From Prochlorococcus sp. AG-347-I04 (GTDB taxonomy: Bacteria; Cyanobacteriota; Cyanobacteriia; PCC-6307; Cyanobiaceae): a stretch of 64,000 nt of DNA. Below, piece after piece: positions 33,838 through 43,335 of the stretch (positions are counted from its first letter, which is position 1; every line of letters starts with the position of its first letter). The DNA lies in NCBI GenBank assembly GCA_003281625.1, contig QCBL01000002.1, positions 64,545-128,544 of the forward strand, given 5' to 3'. A model generated the notes under the pieces. It saw nothing but the letters and a program-made list of their open reading frames with translations, made no database searches and was not told where the DNA came from. The position numbers and the translations under genes are program-made.

Positions 33838-34627
33838 AAACATTAATTGCTACATCAAGTAGTCCTTCAAAAGTGTATTTTTGTGCCTGACTATCAACTC
33901 TTCCAAAAATCTTGTTACATATTTTTGTTGTCTGAGGTCCAATAGTTAATAACTTAATTTGATCAAAGTATTCTAACCATTGTTTACCAAGTTTTTTTTC
34001 TAGTAAAAAAGCAGAATTTACTACGGTTTTACCGCTTGAGAAAATAATTGCATCGACTTTTCGATTAGAAATAATATCAATTGTTTCTTCCGGAATTGAT
34101 TCAGGACATCTAGTTTCATATGCAGCAACCTCAAATACACGAGAACCAGCCTTTCTAAATTGATCTGCAATTAAATCCCTCCCACCTGTTTGAACTCTTG
34201 GTACAAAAACTCGAAGTCCATAACCAGATACTGGGAAATTATCAATTAAACTTTCAGCAACAAATTCTGGGGGTATGAAATCAGCCTTAATCCCAAAATC
34301 ATCAAGAGTTTTTGAGGTTTTTTCTCCGACTACGGCGATTTTTGTTTTTTTAGAACATTCTTTTAATGATCTATTAAAGTATCTAAGTCTTTTATCCACA
34401 AATTTGATCCCATTACTACTGGAAAAAATAATCCAATGAAAATCATTTATTTGATTTAATGCTTCATCAAGAGGATTCAAATCATCAGGATCAGCAATAC
34501 TTATTGCAGGTAAATCAAATACATTAGCGCCCTTGCTTATGAATATCTTTTTTATATCCAATATCCCTTCTTTTGATCGAGTAATAATTATATTTCTTTG
34601 ATAAAGGGGTAGATCAACTTTTGGCAT
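33830..34627 (-). CDS. hemD: Uroporphyrinogen-III synthase
   Basis: IIITR, WIIFSSSNG, AVVGEKT, AYET, FSSGKTV, IGPQT; start placed at ATG 34627. Confidence 0.92.
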   Translation of the reverse strand: MPKVDLPLYQRNIIITRSKEGILDIKKIFISKGANVFDLPAISIADPDDLNPLDEALNQINDFHWIIFSSSNGIKFVDKRLRYFNRSLKECSKKTKIAVVGEKTSKTLDDFGIKADFIPPEFVAESLIDNFPVSGYGLRVFVPRVQTGGRDLIADQFRKAGSRVFEVAAYETRCPESIPEETIDIISNRKVDAIIFSSGKTVVNSAFLLEKKLGKQWLEYFDQIKLLTIGPQTTKICNKIFGRVDSQAQKYTFEGLLDVAINVFN

Positions 34628-35006
34628 CCTTGTCCTCAATATTTTGATTTTTATTTTTATTTTTTAATTCATCTAGAAGCTTCAAGACTGATAATCCTTT
34701 ATCAAGAACAACATCGTCTTTAAAAATTATCTCTGGAACTCTTCTCATCTCAATTCTTTTTCCTAAACTATGTCTTATAGAGCTTTTAGCAATATTCAAG
34801 TTTGATACAATTTCTTTCCTCACTTTCTCTTGAGCAGTTGAAGTTATATAAATTTTACAGTGTTGCAAATCACCTGATAAATCAATCTTAGAAATATTGA
34901 CGAAATGATCTCTAATAAGATCATTTTCTAAATCATTCTGTAAAATAAGGGTTATTTCTTTCTTCAAAAGAGAAGAAACTTTTGCAAGACGGTAATTATT
35001 TGGCAT
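34614..35006 (-). CDS. rbfA: Ribosome-binding factor A
   Basis: RLAKVSSLLKKEI, DLSGDLQHCKIY, MRRVPEIIF..D. Confidence 0.94.
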   Translation of the reverse strand: MPNNYRLAKVSSLLKKEITLILQNDLENDLIRDHFVNISKIDLSGDLQHCKIYITSTAQEKVRKEIVSNLNIAKSSIRHSLGKRIEMRRVPEIIFKDDVVLDKGLSVLKLLDELKNKNKNQNIEDKDAKS

Positions 35007-35224
35007 TATGGTTGTAAATTTATTGGGTTTGTCATCGCTTGCAAGACAAAATAAACAGTTATGAAAGCACTTAAGACAGAAGATATCAAACCTACTATTG
35101 TGAGTGGATTTGATCTATTCTTAAATAAAGGTTCAAGCAAAGCAACAAGTCCCCCAACAATGATAGATATCAAATACTTTGGATATTTCGCAACATTAGA
35201 GAAAAATTCGCCCATCAGCTCCAC
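35006..35224 (-). CDS. DUF751-family membrane protein
   Basis: EFFSNVAKYPKYLIS motif; sits upstream of rbfA. Confidence 0.85.
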   Translation of the reverse strand: MELMGEFFSNVAKYPKYLISIIVGGLVALLEPLFKNRSNPLTIVGLISSVLSAFITVYFVLQAMTNPINLQP

Positions 35225-35269
35225 AAATAGATTAGTTTTTTAGCTAAGTTTTAACAAACATTAAACAGC

Positions 35270-35995
35270 ATGATTACATTATATCAATTTAGGCATAGTG
35301 CTTTTTGTTTAAAAACGAGAATGGCTCTTCATGCAAAAAAACTACAATATCGAGTTGAAGAAGTAACACCTGGAATAGGCCAATTTGAAATCTTTAAATT
35401 ATCAGGTCAAAAAAAAGTACCTGTAATAGTCGATAGTAATGATCAAATTATTAATGACTCTTCAATTATTTGTGAATATATAGATAAAAAAAATGAAAAC
35501 AATCCACTTTTTCCGGAGGATCCAATATTATTTGCACAATGCAAACTAATTGAAGACTGGGCAGATACTACAATGGCCACAACTTGTAGAAAAGCTTTAA
35601 TAAAATCTGCAATTGAAAATCCACAGCTAAGAACTGCATTACTTCCAGATGAAATACCTTCTTCAGTTAAAAGTATTGTTGATAAATTACCTTTTGAAAA
35701 TCTCAGTAAAATTTCTAATGTAGTTTTGTCTTCTAAAGATAATTTAGAACTCCAAAAATTACTGGAAGCTTTATCAAAATCCTTGATCAACAAGAAATAT
35801 TTAGTTGGAGATAGTTTATCAATTGCAGATATTTCAATTGCTGCTCAATTATCCCTTATTAAATTTCCAAAGTCTGCAGGACCAATTCTTTCAGGAGAGG
35901 GGAGCCAAGAATACATAAACAACCCTTATTTAGAAAATCTTTTCATTTGGAGGAACAACTTAGAAGAATATCTTTTTAGTGCTAACTCTCAATAA
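35270..35995 (+). CDS. Glutathione S-transferase family protein
   Basis: LYQFRHSAFCLK, GQKKVPV, DSSIICEYID, SIADISIAAQL. Confidence 0.88.
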   Translation: MITLYQFRHSAFCLKTRMALHAKKLQYRVEEVTPGIGQFEIFKLSGQKKVPVIVDSNDQIINDSSIICEYIDKKNENNPLFPEDPILFAQCKLIEDWADTTMATTCRKALIKSAIENPQLRTALLPDEIPSSVKSIVDKLPFENLSKISNVVLSSKDNLELQKLLEALSKSLINKKYLVGDSLSIADISIAAQLSLIKFPKSAGPILSGEGSQEYINNPYLENLFIWRNNLEEYLFSANSQ

Positions 35996-36689
35996 ATTCA
36001 AACTTCAATTTATATTTATTTGTTTTGATAGCATGTATAGAAGGATCACCAACTTTTGAACCATAAGAAGCAACATATTGCACTCCACAAATTGATGGTT
36101 TGATTGAATTATCAACTTCCAATTTTGCTTCGGAACATTTTTGAAATTTACTAATGGTCTCTACCTGATTAATCCTTGAAACGCCAGGCTTATGTGCTGT
36201 TTGTATAACTAGCTCATCTGCGAAAAAAATATCATTATCTTGGATCTGATTTCTCCCTGTAATTCTTGAATCAATATAAAAATCATCTTTTAAATAAGTA
36301 ATTTGATTATTAATAGATTGAGGATCATTTACAACCTTGATTAAGGTTTCACCAAATATTGCTTTTCCAATAGATTCAGAATTTTTTGCACGATTAGCAA
36401 CAATTAAATCTGAATCATTCTTAAAGAAATTTACTTTATAAATAACTGGCTCTTCTGAATCATTTACTATATCTTGAGAAGTAACAAGCCAATTACCCTC
36501 GAACCATTTAGGATAAATTAAATCCTTTGAAGTATCCGATAATTTAAAATTTGGCAAATATAACTCTGGCCATTGATTTACACGATTTTCCAAAAAGTCC
36601 TGTACGTTAGAATCTACTAGAGCAAAAGAACTTTCTAAAAAAATTCCTTGAAAAATCAAGCAAAGAATTAATCCAAGAAAAATTTTCAT
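35982..36689 (-). CDS. Conserved hypothetical protein with probable signal peptide
   Basis: Hydrophobic N-terminus ending SFA; DLIYPKWFEGNW motif. Confidence 0.75.
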   Translation of the reverse strand: MKIFLGLILCLIFQGIFLESSFALVDSNVQDFLENRVNQWPELYLPNFKLSDTSKDLIYPKWFEGNWLVTSQDIVNDSEEPVIYKVNFFKNDSDLIVANRAKNSESIGKAIFGETLIKVVNDPQSINNQITYLKDDFYIDSRITGRNQIQDNDIFFADELVIQTAHKPGVSRINQVETISKFQKCSEAKLEVDNSIKPSICGVQYVASYGSKVGDPSIHAIKTNKYKLKFEFIES

Positions 36690-36690
36690 T

Positions 36691-36948
36691 ATGTCAAATC
36701 CACTAATAAGAGCATCAGATCATTATGTATTATTAGAGCCAGATTCACAGGAAAAAATTGTATCAAAGCAAGAAGCAATTTTATGGTTGAAGAATTGGCT
36801 TAGTAAGACAGAAACACAAACAATATATCAAAATATAGAAGATCCTGATCAGGAATTTTTTGAAGAATTGTTGGAAGGCACTTATGAATTAGAAATAAAA
36901 TTAGGATACGTTATCAAATGGTTTGCAGTAAGAATTGAACCAGATTAA
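36691..36948 (+). CDS. Chlororespiratory reduction 7 (CRR7)-like NDH assembly protein
   Basis: DHYVLLEP...ELEI...KWFAVR pattern. Confidence 0.8.
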   Translation: MSNPLIRASDHYVLLEPDSQEKIVSKQEAILWLKNWLSKTETQTIYQNIEDPDQEFFEELLEGTYELEIKLGYVIKWFAVRIEPD

Positions 36949-37502
36949 CTGATTATTTCTTTATGAATTGCATTAATTATTTTCATAGCAACTTCTTCAA
37001 TATTTTCTTTTTTTACTTGAATTCTTAAATCTGCTTGAGAATACAAATTTTCTCTAGATTGAAAAATGCTCATATATAGATTATTTAGATTCTTTCCCTG
37101 AAGCAGGGGCCTATTTTCAATTTCATTTTTCAATCTTTCAATTGCTATATCTTTGTCGAGATCTATCCAAGCACTTATTCCCTGCCTTAAGATTCCCCAG
37201 TTTTCCGATTTGGTAACTATTCCTCCCCCAGTTGAGATTACTAATGAAGGAATTTTGATAGTTTCTTTGAGGCAGTTTGCTTCTAATTCGCGGAAATTAT
37301 CTTCTCCTTCATCCTTAAAAATTTGATTGATAGATTTTTTTGCCAACTTCTCTATTAATGAATCTAAATCAATGTATTTATATTTCAATAATTCAGCCAG
37401 CTTCAAACCAGTTTGTGACTTACCAGAACCCATCATTCCTATTAAAAATATGCTTCTGCCCTTAATAGCATGAACTGTTTTTTCGATAATGGATTGTTCC
37501 AT
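36945..37502 (-). CDS. aroK: Shikimate kinase
   Basis: GMMGSGKS, FRELE, STGGG, RPLL, R..LYSQAD. Confidence 0.95.
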   Translation of the reverse strand: MEQSIIEKTVHAIKGRSIFLIGMMGSGKSQTGLKLAELLKYKYIDLDSLIEKLAKKSINQIFKDEGEDNFRELEANCLKETIKIPSLVISTGGGIVTKSENWGILRQGISAWIDLDKDIAIERLKNEIENRPLLQGKNLNNLYMSIFQSRENLYSQADLRIQVKKENIEEVAMKIINAIHKEIIS

Positions 37503-37552
37503 AAAGACAAAAGCGTATTTAAAACCTTAAGATAGTATTATCGCAGACAGTT

Positions 37553-38479
37553 ATGACTTCTACACAATCCAAACCATCTCATGGAAAAGGACGTGAATGC
37601 GTCATAACTCGACGTGCCTGCTTTAGTTCTAGTCACCGTTATTGGCTTCCTGAAAAAAGCCCAGAAGAAAATTTATCTCTTTTTGGAAAGTGCAGTATTG
37701 CACCAGGTCATGGTCATAATTATGAACTTATTGTTTCAATGGGTGGAGAACTAGACTCTGATGGAATGGTACTTAATCTCTCTGATGTAAAACACTCTAT
37801 TAAAGATAAGGTTACTGGACAATTAGATTTTCGTTTTTTAAATGATGTCTGGCCTGAATTTAATGTTATTAATCAAGAAGGTATACTTCCCACAACTGAA
37901 GCATTAGTAAAGGTCATTTGGAGTCGCCTGAAGGATGATTTACCTCTTACAAGTCTTAGACTTTATGAAAACCCAAATTTATGGGCAGATTATTTTGGAA
38001 AAAACATGGAAGCATTTTTAACAGTACAAACTCATTTTGCAGCCGCTCATAGACTTGCAAAAGAAGAGATATCCCTTGATGAAAATAAAAAAATCTATGG
38101 GAAATGTGCAAGAGTTAATGGACATGGTCATAACTATCTTGTCGATATAACTGTCAAAGGGGATATTGATAAAAGAACAGGGATGGTTTGCGACTTATCT
38201 GCCCTCCAAGAGATAATTAACGATTTAGTTGTTGAACAACTAGATCATACTTTTCTAAATAAAGACATCGAATTTTTCCATAATTGTGTTCCAACTGCTG
38301 AAAATATAGCTTTATATATTTCTGATATTCTTAAAAAACCAATAAATAATCTTGGTGCAACATTACACAAAATAAGACTACAGGAGAGTCCAAATAATGC
38401 TGCAGAAATTTATGTTGATCAAAAGTTAACCAATTCGTTGAAGTTGAAATTAGAAAATAGTTTAGTCACGCAAACTTGA
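37553..38479 (+). CDS. Tandem two-domain 6-pyruvoyl-tetrahydropterin synthase (COG0720), PTPS-II signature
   Basis: Two repeats, each with F...HR and C-x5-HGHNY plus PT.E; T-fold enzyme. Confidence 0.9.
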   Translation: MTSTQSKPSHGKGRECVITRRACFSSSHRYWLPEKSPEENLSLFGKCSIAPGHGHNYELIVSMGGELDSDGMVLNLSDVKHSIKDKVTGQLDFRFLNDVWPEFNVINQEGILPTTEALVKVIWSRLKDDLPLTSLRLYENPNLWADYFGKNMEAFLTVQTHFAAAHRLAKEEISLDENKKIYGKCARVNGHGHNYLVDITVKGDIDKRTGMVCDLSALQEIINDLVVEQLDHTFLNKDIEFFHNCVPTAENIALYISDILKKPINNLGATLHKIRLQESPNNAAEIYVDQKLTNSLKLKLENSLVTQT

Positions 38480-39126
38480 ATATCCCAAGAGTAATAATTG
38501 TTATAGCATCAAGTCTTGATGGTAGAATTGCATTTCCTGAAGGTGGAGAATCGCATCTTGGAAGCGCTGAAGATAAAAAAATATTAAATCAAAACTTATC
38601 AATGGTTGACGCCACCATTTTTGGTTTAGGTACTTTAATAGCTCATCAATCAACTTACCTAGTTAAAAATCTCACTGATAATGACGAAGAAAATATCTCA
38701 AAAAGCCAACCAATTTCTATAGTTGCTTCAAATAGCAAAAAATTTAACAGTAATTGGAAATACTTTCGTCAACCAATTAGAAGATGGCTAATAAGCTCAA
38801 TCAAAGCTGATAATTCGTCGAATAATGAATTCGAGAAAGAACTCTTTTTCGAAGATTCATGGAAAAAAACTTTAATTTCACTTAAAAAACATGGGATAAA
38901 TGATTTAGCTCTTTTAGGAGGTGCAAAACTTATAAATTCATTTATAAAAGAGGATCTAATAACAGATATAAAAATTACAATTATTCCACGAATTATTGGA
39001 GGTAGATATACATGGATCCCCCCAGAACGAACAAATGCGATTTTTAATCTCAAAAGGCTATGGGAAATAAAATCAATTAAAAATTTGATGAATAATGAAA
39101 TCCATGTACATTACAAAAAGATTTGA
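38476..39126 (+). CDS. RibD C-terminal/DHFR-fold reductase
   Basis: ASSLDGRIA, LLGGAKL, IPRIIGG; TTG start overlaps the upstream stop. Confidence 0.88.
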   Translation: MNIPRVIIVIASSLDGRIAFPEGGESHLGSAEDKKILNQNLSMVDATIFGLGTLIAHQSTYLVKNLTDNDEENISKSQPISIVASNSKKFNSNWKYFRQPIRRWLISSIKADNSSNNEFEKELFFEDSWKKTLISLKKHGINDLALLGGAKLINSFIKEDLITDIKITIIPRIIGGRYTWIPPERTNAIFNLKRLWEIKSIKNLMNNEIHVHYKKI

Positions 39127-39143
39127 AATAGTTTCAATAATAA

Positions 39144-40298
39144 ATGAACCAAAAAATATATAAAGTTGAAGTCAAATTGTCAATTAAGGAAATCTCCAAG
39201 GAGATATGGAATGAATTAGCAAATGAAATTAATAATCCATTTTATGAATGGACTTGGATTAAAAACCTTGAGATGTCTAAAAGTGTTTCAAGAGAAACTG
39301 GTTGGCAGCCTCTATATTTTGTTGCTTATAAAAATCAAGAAATACTTGGAATTGCCCCACTTTTTTTAAAAAATCATAGCTATGGAGAATTCATTTTTGA
39401 CCAATCATTTGCAAGATTGGCTCAAGAGCTGAATTTAAATTATTACCCTAAATTAATTGGAATGAGTCCTTATAGTCCTGTAAATGGATATCAATTTCTT
39501 TATAAAAAAAATAAAGACAAAAAAGAAATTACAAATTTACTCATAAACCATATCGAAAGCTTTGCGATTACAAACAAAATCCTAAGTTGTAATTTTTTAT
39601 ATGTTGATGAAAGCTGGGGCAACCATCTTAAATCTTTGGGATACTATGAATGGATAAACTCCAGCAGTGAATGGAGGAGTAATGGAGAAAAAACATTCGA
39701 CGATTTTCTATCTAGATTTAACTCTAATCAGAGAAAAAATATAAAAAAAGAGAGGAAATCAATTAGTAAACAAGACATTAAAGTAGAAATTTTTAATGAA
39801 GATGATATCAACCAAGAAATCCTCAAAAAAATGCATAATTTTTATGAAAAGCATTGTTCGAGGTGGGGAGTTTGGGGAAGTAAATATCTAACATCTACAT
39901 TTTTCGAAACACTGGTTGATAATAAAAAAAATCTTTTACTTTTTAGTGCATCAAAACATGATTCAAATGAAATTTTTGCTATGTCGATGTGCGTTAAAAA
40001 TCAAAACAACTTATGGGGTAGATATTGGGGTAGTCAAGAAGAAATATCTAATTTACATTTTGAATTATGCTATTACCAGCCAATTGAATGGGCAATAAAA
40101 AATAGTATCCATTTGTTTGATCCTGGAGCAGGTGGTAAACATAAAAGAAGGAGAGGTTTTTTTGCAAAAAGCACCATTAGCATGCATAAGTGGTTTGACA
40201 AAAATATGGAAAATATAATTTATCCTTGGCTAAATGAAGTGAATAAACAAACCGAGATGGAAATTGATTTTGAAAATAGATCTATACCCTTTAAATAG
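39144..40298 (+). CDS. FemAB/GNAT-like protein (DUF482-like)
   Basis: K.HSYGEFIFDQ, LWGRYWG, LHFELCYYQPIEWAI, FDPGAGG.HK..RGF. Confidence 0.88.
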   Translation: MNQKIYKVEVKLSIKEISKEIWNELANEINNPFYEWTWIKNLEMSKSVSRETGWQPLYFVAYKNQEILGIAPLFLKNHSYGEFIFDQSFARLAQELNLNYYPKLIGMSPYSPVNGYQFLYKKNKDKKEITNLLINHIESFAITNKILSCNFLYVDESWGNHLKSLGYYEWINSSSEWRSNGEKTFDDFLSRFNSNQRKNIKKERKSISKQDIKVEIFNEDDINQEILKKMHNFYEKHCSRWGVWGSKYLTSTFFETLVDNKKNLLLFSASKHDSNEIFAMSMCVKNQNNLWGRYWGSQEEISNLHFELCYYQPIEWAIKNSIHLFDPGAGGKHKRRRGFFAKSTISMHKWFDKNMENIIYPWLNEVNKQTEMEIDFENRSIPFK

Positions 40299-40316
40299 AT
40301 CTATACCCTTTAAATA
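40274..40316. repeat. Perfect 19-bp tandem duplication spanning a stop codon
   Basis: AAATAGATCTATACCCTTT x2 (40274-40311) followed by AAATA. Confidence 0.95.
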
Positions 40317-40378
40317 AAAAATTATTCGGCTTTGCCAAAGATTATATTAGTAATATAGTTTTTTATTAACTTCATAGA

Positions 40379-40765
40379 ATGGATTCTAAGAACAGTTTCG
40401 ATGAAAAAACAATGATTGATAATAACCTATCTAACCGATATATAGATTTAGATCCAAACGGTTATTTTATTATCAAAGTAGATTTAGAAGAAAATAAAAT
40501 AATTTTAGAGCATTTTCTAAATAATATTAATGATGACGGATATGCGCTTGACCCAGAAACAAATGAACCAATTAAATGCGACTCTCAAAATAAAAGAGTT
40601 AGTAATGAAGTTTTTAAAGGTATTAGTGCGAAACAACTTGGAATAATGATCACTGAAGAAAGAAATGACTTAATAACCAGATTCGACCATGCCCTATATT
40701 TAGGCCGGGAACTACAAAAAGCAGAAGAATGTTTATACAAAAGATTAATATATATCCAAGATTAA
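40379..40765 (+). CDS. Stand-alone DUF4346 protein
   Basis: Family motifs LDP (IDLDPNGYF) and DHA (FDHALYLGREL.KAE). Confidence 0.88.
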   Translation: MDSKNSFDEKTMIDNNLSNRYIDLDPNGYFIIKVDLEENKIILEHFLNNINDDGYALDPETNEPIKCDSQNKRVSNEVFKGISAKQLGIMITEERNDLITRFDHALYLGRELQKAEECLYKRLIYIQD

Positions 40766-40830
40766 GAAATTAAACGAAAAAATCTAATTTTTTCACCTGA
40801 TGCTAAATTAAATGAAAATAAAAAAAATTA

Positions 40831-40923
40831 ATGAACATCATTTTCTATTTTGCATTTATTGGTTTTGGTTTTGGAGCTGCTTTTGCATTAGATAAGCTCT
40901 TAAGAGCAGTTAAATTAATTTAA
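40831..40923 (+). CDS. petL: Cytochrome b6f subunit VI (PetL)
   Basis: Not in ORF track. MNIIFYFAFIGFGFGAAFALDKLLRAVKLI, 30 aa, one TM helix, cyanobacterial PetL-type C-terminus LRAVKLI. Confidence 0.8.
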   Translation: MNIIFYFAFIGFGFGAAFALDKLLRAVKLI

Positions 40924-40929
40924 AAAAAA

Positions 40930-42294
40930 CTATAAAATTTTCATAGTCTCTCCATACAAATCATATTCATCCGCAAAAGAAATATTTGCTTCAACAAATT
41001 TACCAATATAATTTTCCAAATCAATTTTATCCTTAACAGATAAAATTACTCTTCCGTCAATTTCAGGGGCGAAATTATATGACCGACCTATTAATTCGTT
41101 ATTATCTGATATGTTTTCTACCAAAATCTTCATTTTTGAGCCAACATATGACTGATTTTTATCTTTGGAGATATTTTGTTGAACTGAAATAACGTTATCT
41201 TTTCTTGCCTCTGCAACCTCTAGGGAAACTTTATTAGGCAAATGAAAAGCTGCAGTTCCTTCCTCAGGAGAAAAAATAAACACTCCCACATGATCAAATT
41301 TGTGCCTATCCAAAAATTCGAGAAGATGTTTAAAATGTTCTTTTTTTTCTCCTGGGAATCCAACAATGAGACTAGTTCTTAATACAGCAGATGGAATTTC
41401 TTCTCTAATTTTCTCCAAAATTGATTCATTCAAAGAAGCCTGCCAAGGTCTATTCATACTCTTCAATACATCTGGATGACTATGCTGAAGTGGCAAATCA
41501 AAGTAGGGCACTATATTCTTTGAATCTTTGAAAGCTCTAATAACTTCATCAGTTAAACCCGTTGGATAAGCATAATGTATCCTTATCCAAGGAATTGGAA
41601 CTTTAGAAAGCTCATTCAAAAGTTTGGCTAATGATGGTTTTCCATAAATATCTTGACCATAATTAGTTGTTATTTGACTAATTAAAATGATTTCTTGAAT
41701 ACCCTGTTTTGCAAGACTTTTGGCTTCTGAAACTATAGATTCTATTGTTCTACTTCTTTGAGGACCTCTCAACTTAGGAATAATACAAAAAGCGCAATTG
41801 TAGTTGCAGCCTTCAGCAATGCGAAGATAAGCAACAAATTTATTTTTATCTACAAAACGAGGTATTTCCTCATCCGCAATAAATTCCGGTATCTTTGAAA
41901 CTTCATTAACGATTTCCCCTTTTTCTACTCTGTCTAAAACCTTGGCTATCTTTTGATAATCTCCTGTTCCAATCAAACCTTTTATTTCAGGGATTTCTTT
42001 TATAAGCTCATCTTTAAAATGCTGAGCCATACAGCCTGCAACTATTACTTCCTTTCCTTGATTTGTATATTCTAGAATTTTTCTAATAGATTCTTCTCTA
42101 GCTGTTTCAATAAAACTGCAAGTATTTACAACAACAACATTTGCATCATTTATATTGCTGTCAACTTCATAACCCTCTTTATATAATAAGCCTTGCATAT
42201 GTTCAGTATCAACAAGATTTTTCTCACAACCAACATGACTGAATGCAACCTTGGATAGTTTTTTTTCTTTTACATTGAGACTATTTTGTTTCAC
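40930..42294 (-). CDS. rimO: Ribosomal protein S12 methylthiotransferase RimO
   Basis: [14 protein letters not shown], radical [16 protein letters not shown]...APEIDG. Confidence 0.95.
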   Translation of the reverse strand: MKQNSLNVKEKKLSKVAFSHVGCEKNLVDTEHMQGLLYKEGYEVDSNINDANVVVVNTCSFIETAREESIRKILEYTNQGKEVIVAGCMAQHFKDELIKEIPEIKGLIGTGDYQKIAKVLDRVEKGEIVNEVSKIPEFIADEEIPRFVDKNKFVAYLRIAEGCNYNCAFCIIPKLRGPQRSRTIESIVSEAKSLAKQGIQEIILISQITTNYGQDIYGKPSLAKLLNELSKVPIPWIRIHYAYPTGLTDEVIRAFKDSKNIVPYFDLPLQHSHPDVLKSMNRPWQASLNESILEKIREEIPSAVLRTSLIVGFPGEKKEHFKHLLEFLDRHKFDHVGVFIFSPEEGTAAFHLPNKVSLEVAEARKDNVISVQQNISKDKNQSYVGSKMKILVENISDNNELIGRSYNFAPEIDGRVILSVKDKIDLENYIGKFVEANISFADEYDLYGETMKIL

Positions 42295-42399
42295 AACTTG
42301 AAAAATCAGAATTAAAAGATTTATACAGCATTTCGTATATAACTCTCATGCCAAGATAATATTAGGATAGATAATGTAAATAACAAACTTTCTTTTTGT

Positions 42400-43335
42400 A
42401 TGGCCCTTAAGACTTTAAACAGAAGAAGTAAAAAAGATTTGAAATGGCCAAAAATCATAATTGCAATTCTTAGCACTATAGGCATAGTTGATACGGGTTC
42501 GATTACTTTAAAAAACTGGGGATTATTTACTTCGCTTTCATGCCCGGGGATACAAAATGGTTGTGAAACAGTTTTAAATAGTCCTTGGGGTACTTTATTT
42601 GAAAATAATCAAGTTAATATACCTCTATCAATGGCTGGATTTATAACATATTTATCAATATTAGTTATCACAATAGTACTTTCGCTTAATTTAATTTCCC
42701 CAAAAGAAAAACTAAATAAGTTTTTATGGTGGTTAGTATTTCTAATTTCTTGTGCGTCATCAACATTTAGCTTTCTATTGATAAATATAATGTTTTTTAA
42801 GATTCAAGCATATTGCTTTTTTTGTATACTTTCAGCAATTTTATCGTTTTCTATCTTTATAATTTCTATCATTGGAGCAAAGTTCGAAAGTAGAGAACCT
42901 ATGATTTTTAGAGGTTTTATTGTAGCTATTAGTGTCCTGCTGGGGGGGCTAATTTGGTCAACAAACGTTGACCCCTCCAATGCTATTGATGTTGCAAACC
43001 CTACCGAAAATGTATCGCCAATAATTACCACTTCAAGCTCTCCCCAGAAGGTCAAGTTTGCAAAATTTTTAAGTGAAAACAATATTGTTATGTATAGTGC
43101 ATACTGGTGCCCTCATTGCCACGATCAAAAACAATTATTTGGTAAGGAAGCAGTTAAAGAATTAAAAGTTGTTGAGTGTGCAAAAGATGGTAAAAATAAT
43201 GAGTATGAACTATGCCAAACGAAAGGAATCAGTGGATTTCCTTCTTGGGAAATAAATGGAGAAATTATTAGTGGTACGCGTGACTTAAATGAATTAGCAA
43301 CAAAAACTGACTATCAGGGAGATCTTAATTTTTAA
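42400..43335 (+). CDS. VKOR-thioredoxin fusion disulfide-bond catalyst (LTO1-like)
   Basis: C..C..VL.S.W, membrane CFFC, C-terminal WCPHC thioredoxin domain. Confidence 0.92.
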   Translation: MALKTLNRRSKKDLKWPKIIIAILSTIGIVDTGSITLKNWGLFTSLSCPGIQNGCETVLNSPWGTLFENNQVNIPLSMAGFITYLSILVITIVLSLNLISPKEKLNKFLWWLVFLISCASSTFSFLLINIMFFKIQAYCFFCILSAILSFSIFIISIIGAKFESREPMIFRGFIVAISVLLGGLIWSTNVDPSNAIDVANPTENVSPIITTSSSPQKVKFAKFLSENNIVMYSAYWCPHCHDQKQLFGKEAVKELKVVECAKDGKNNEYELCQTKGISGFPSWEINGEIISGTRDLNELATKTDYQGDLNF

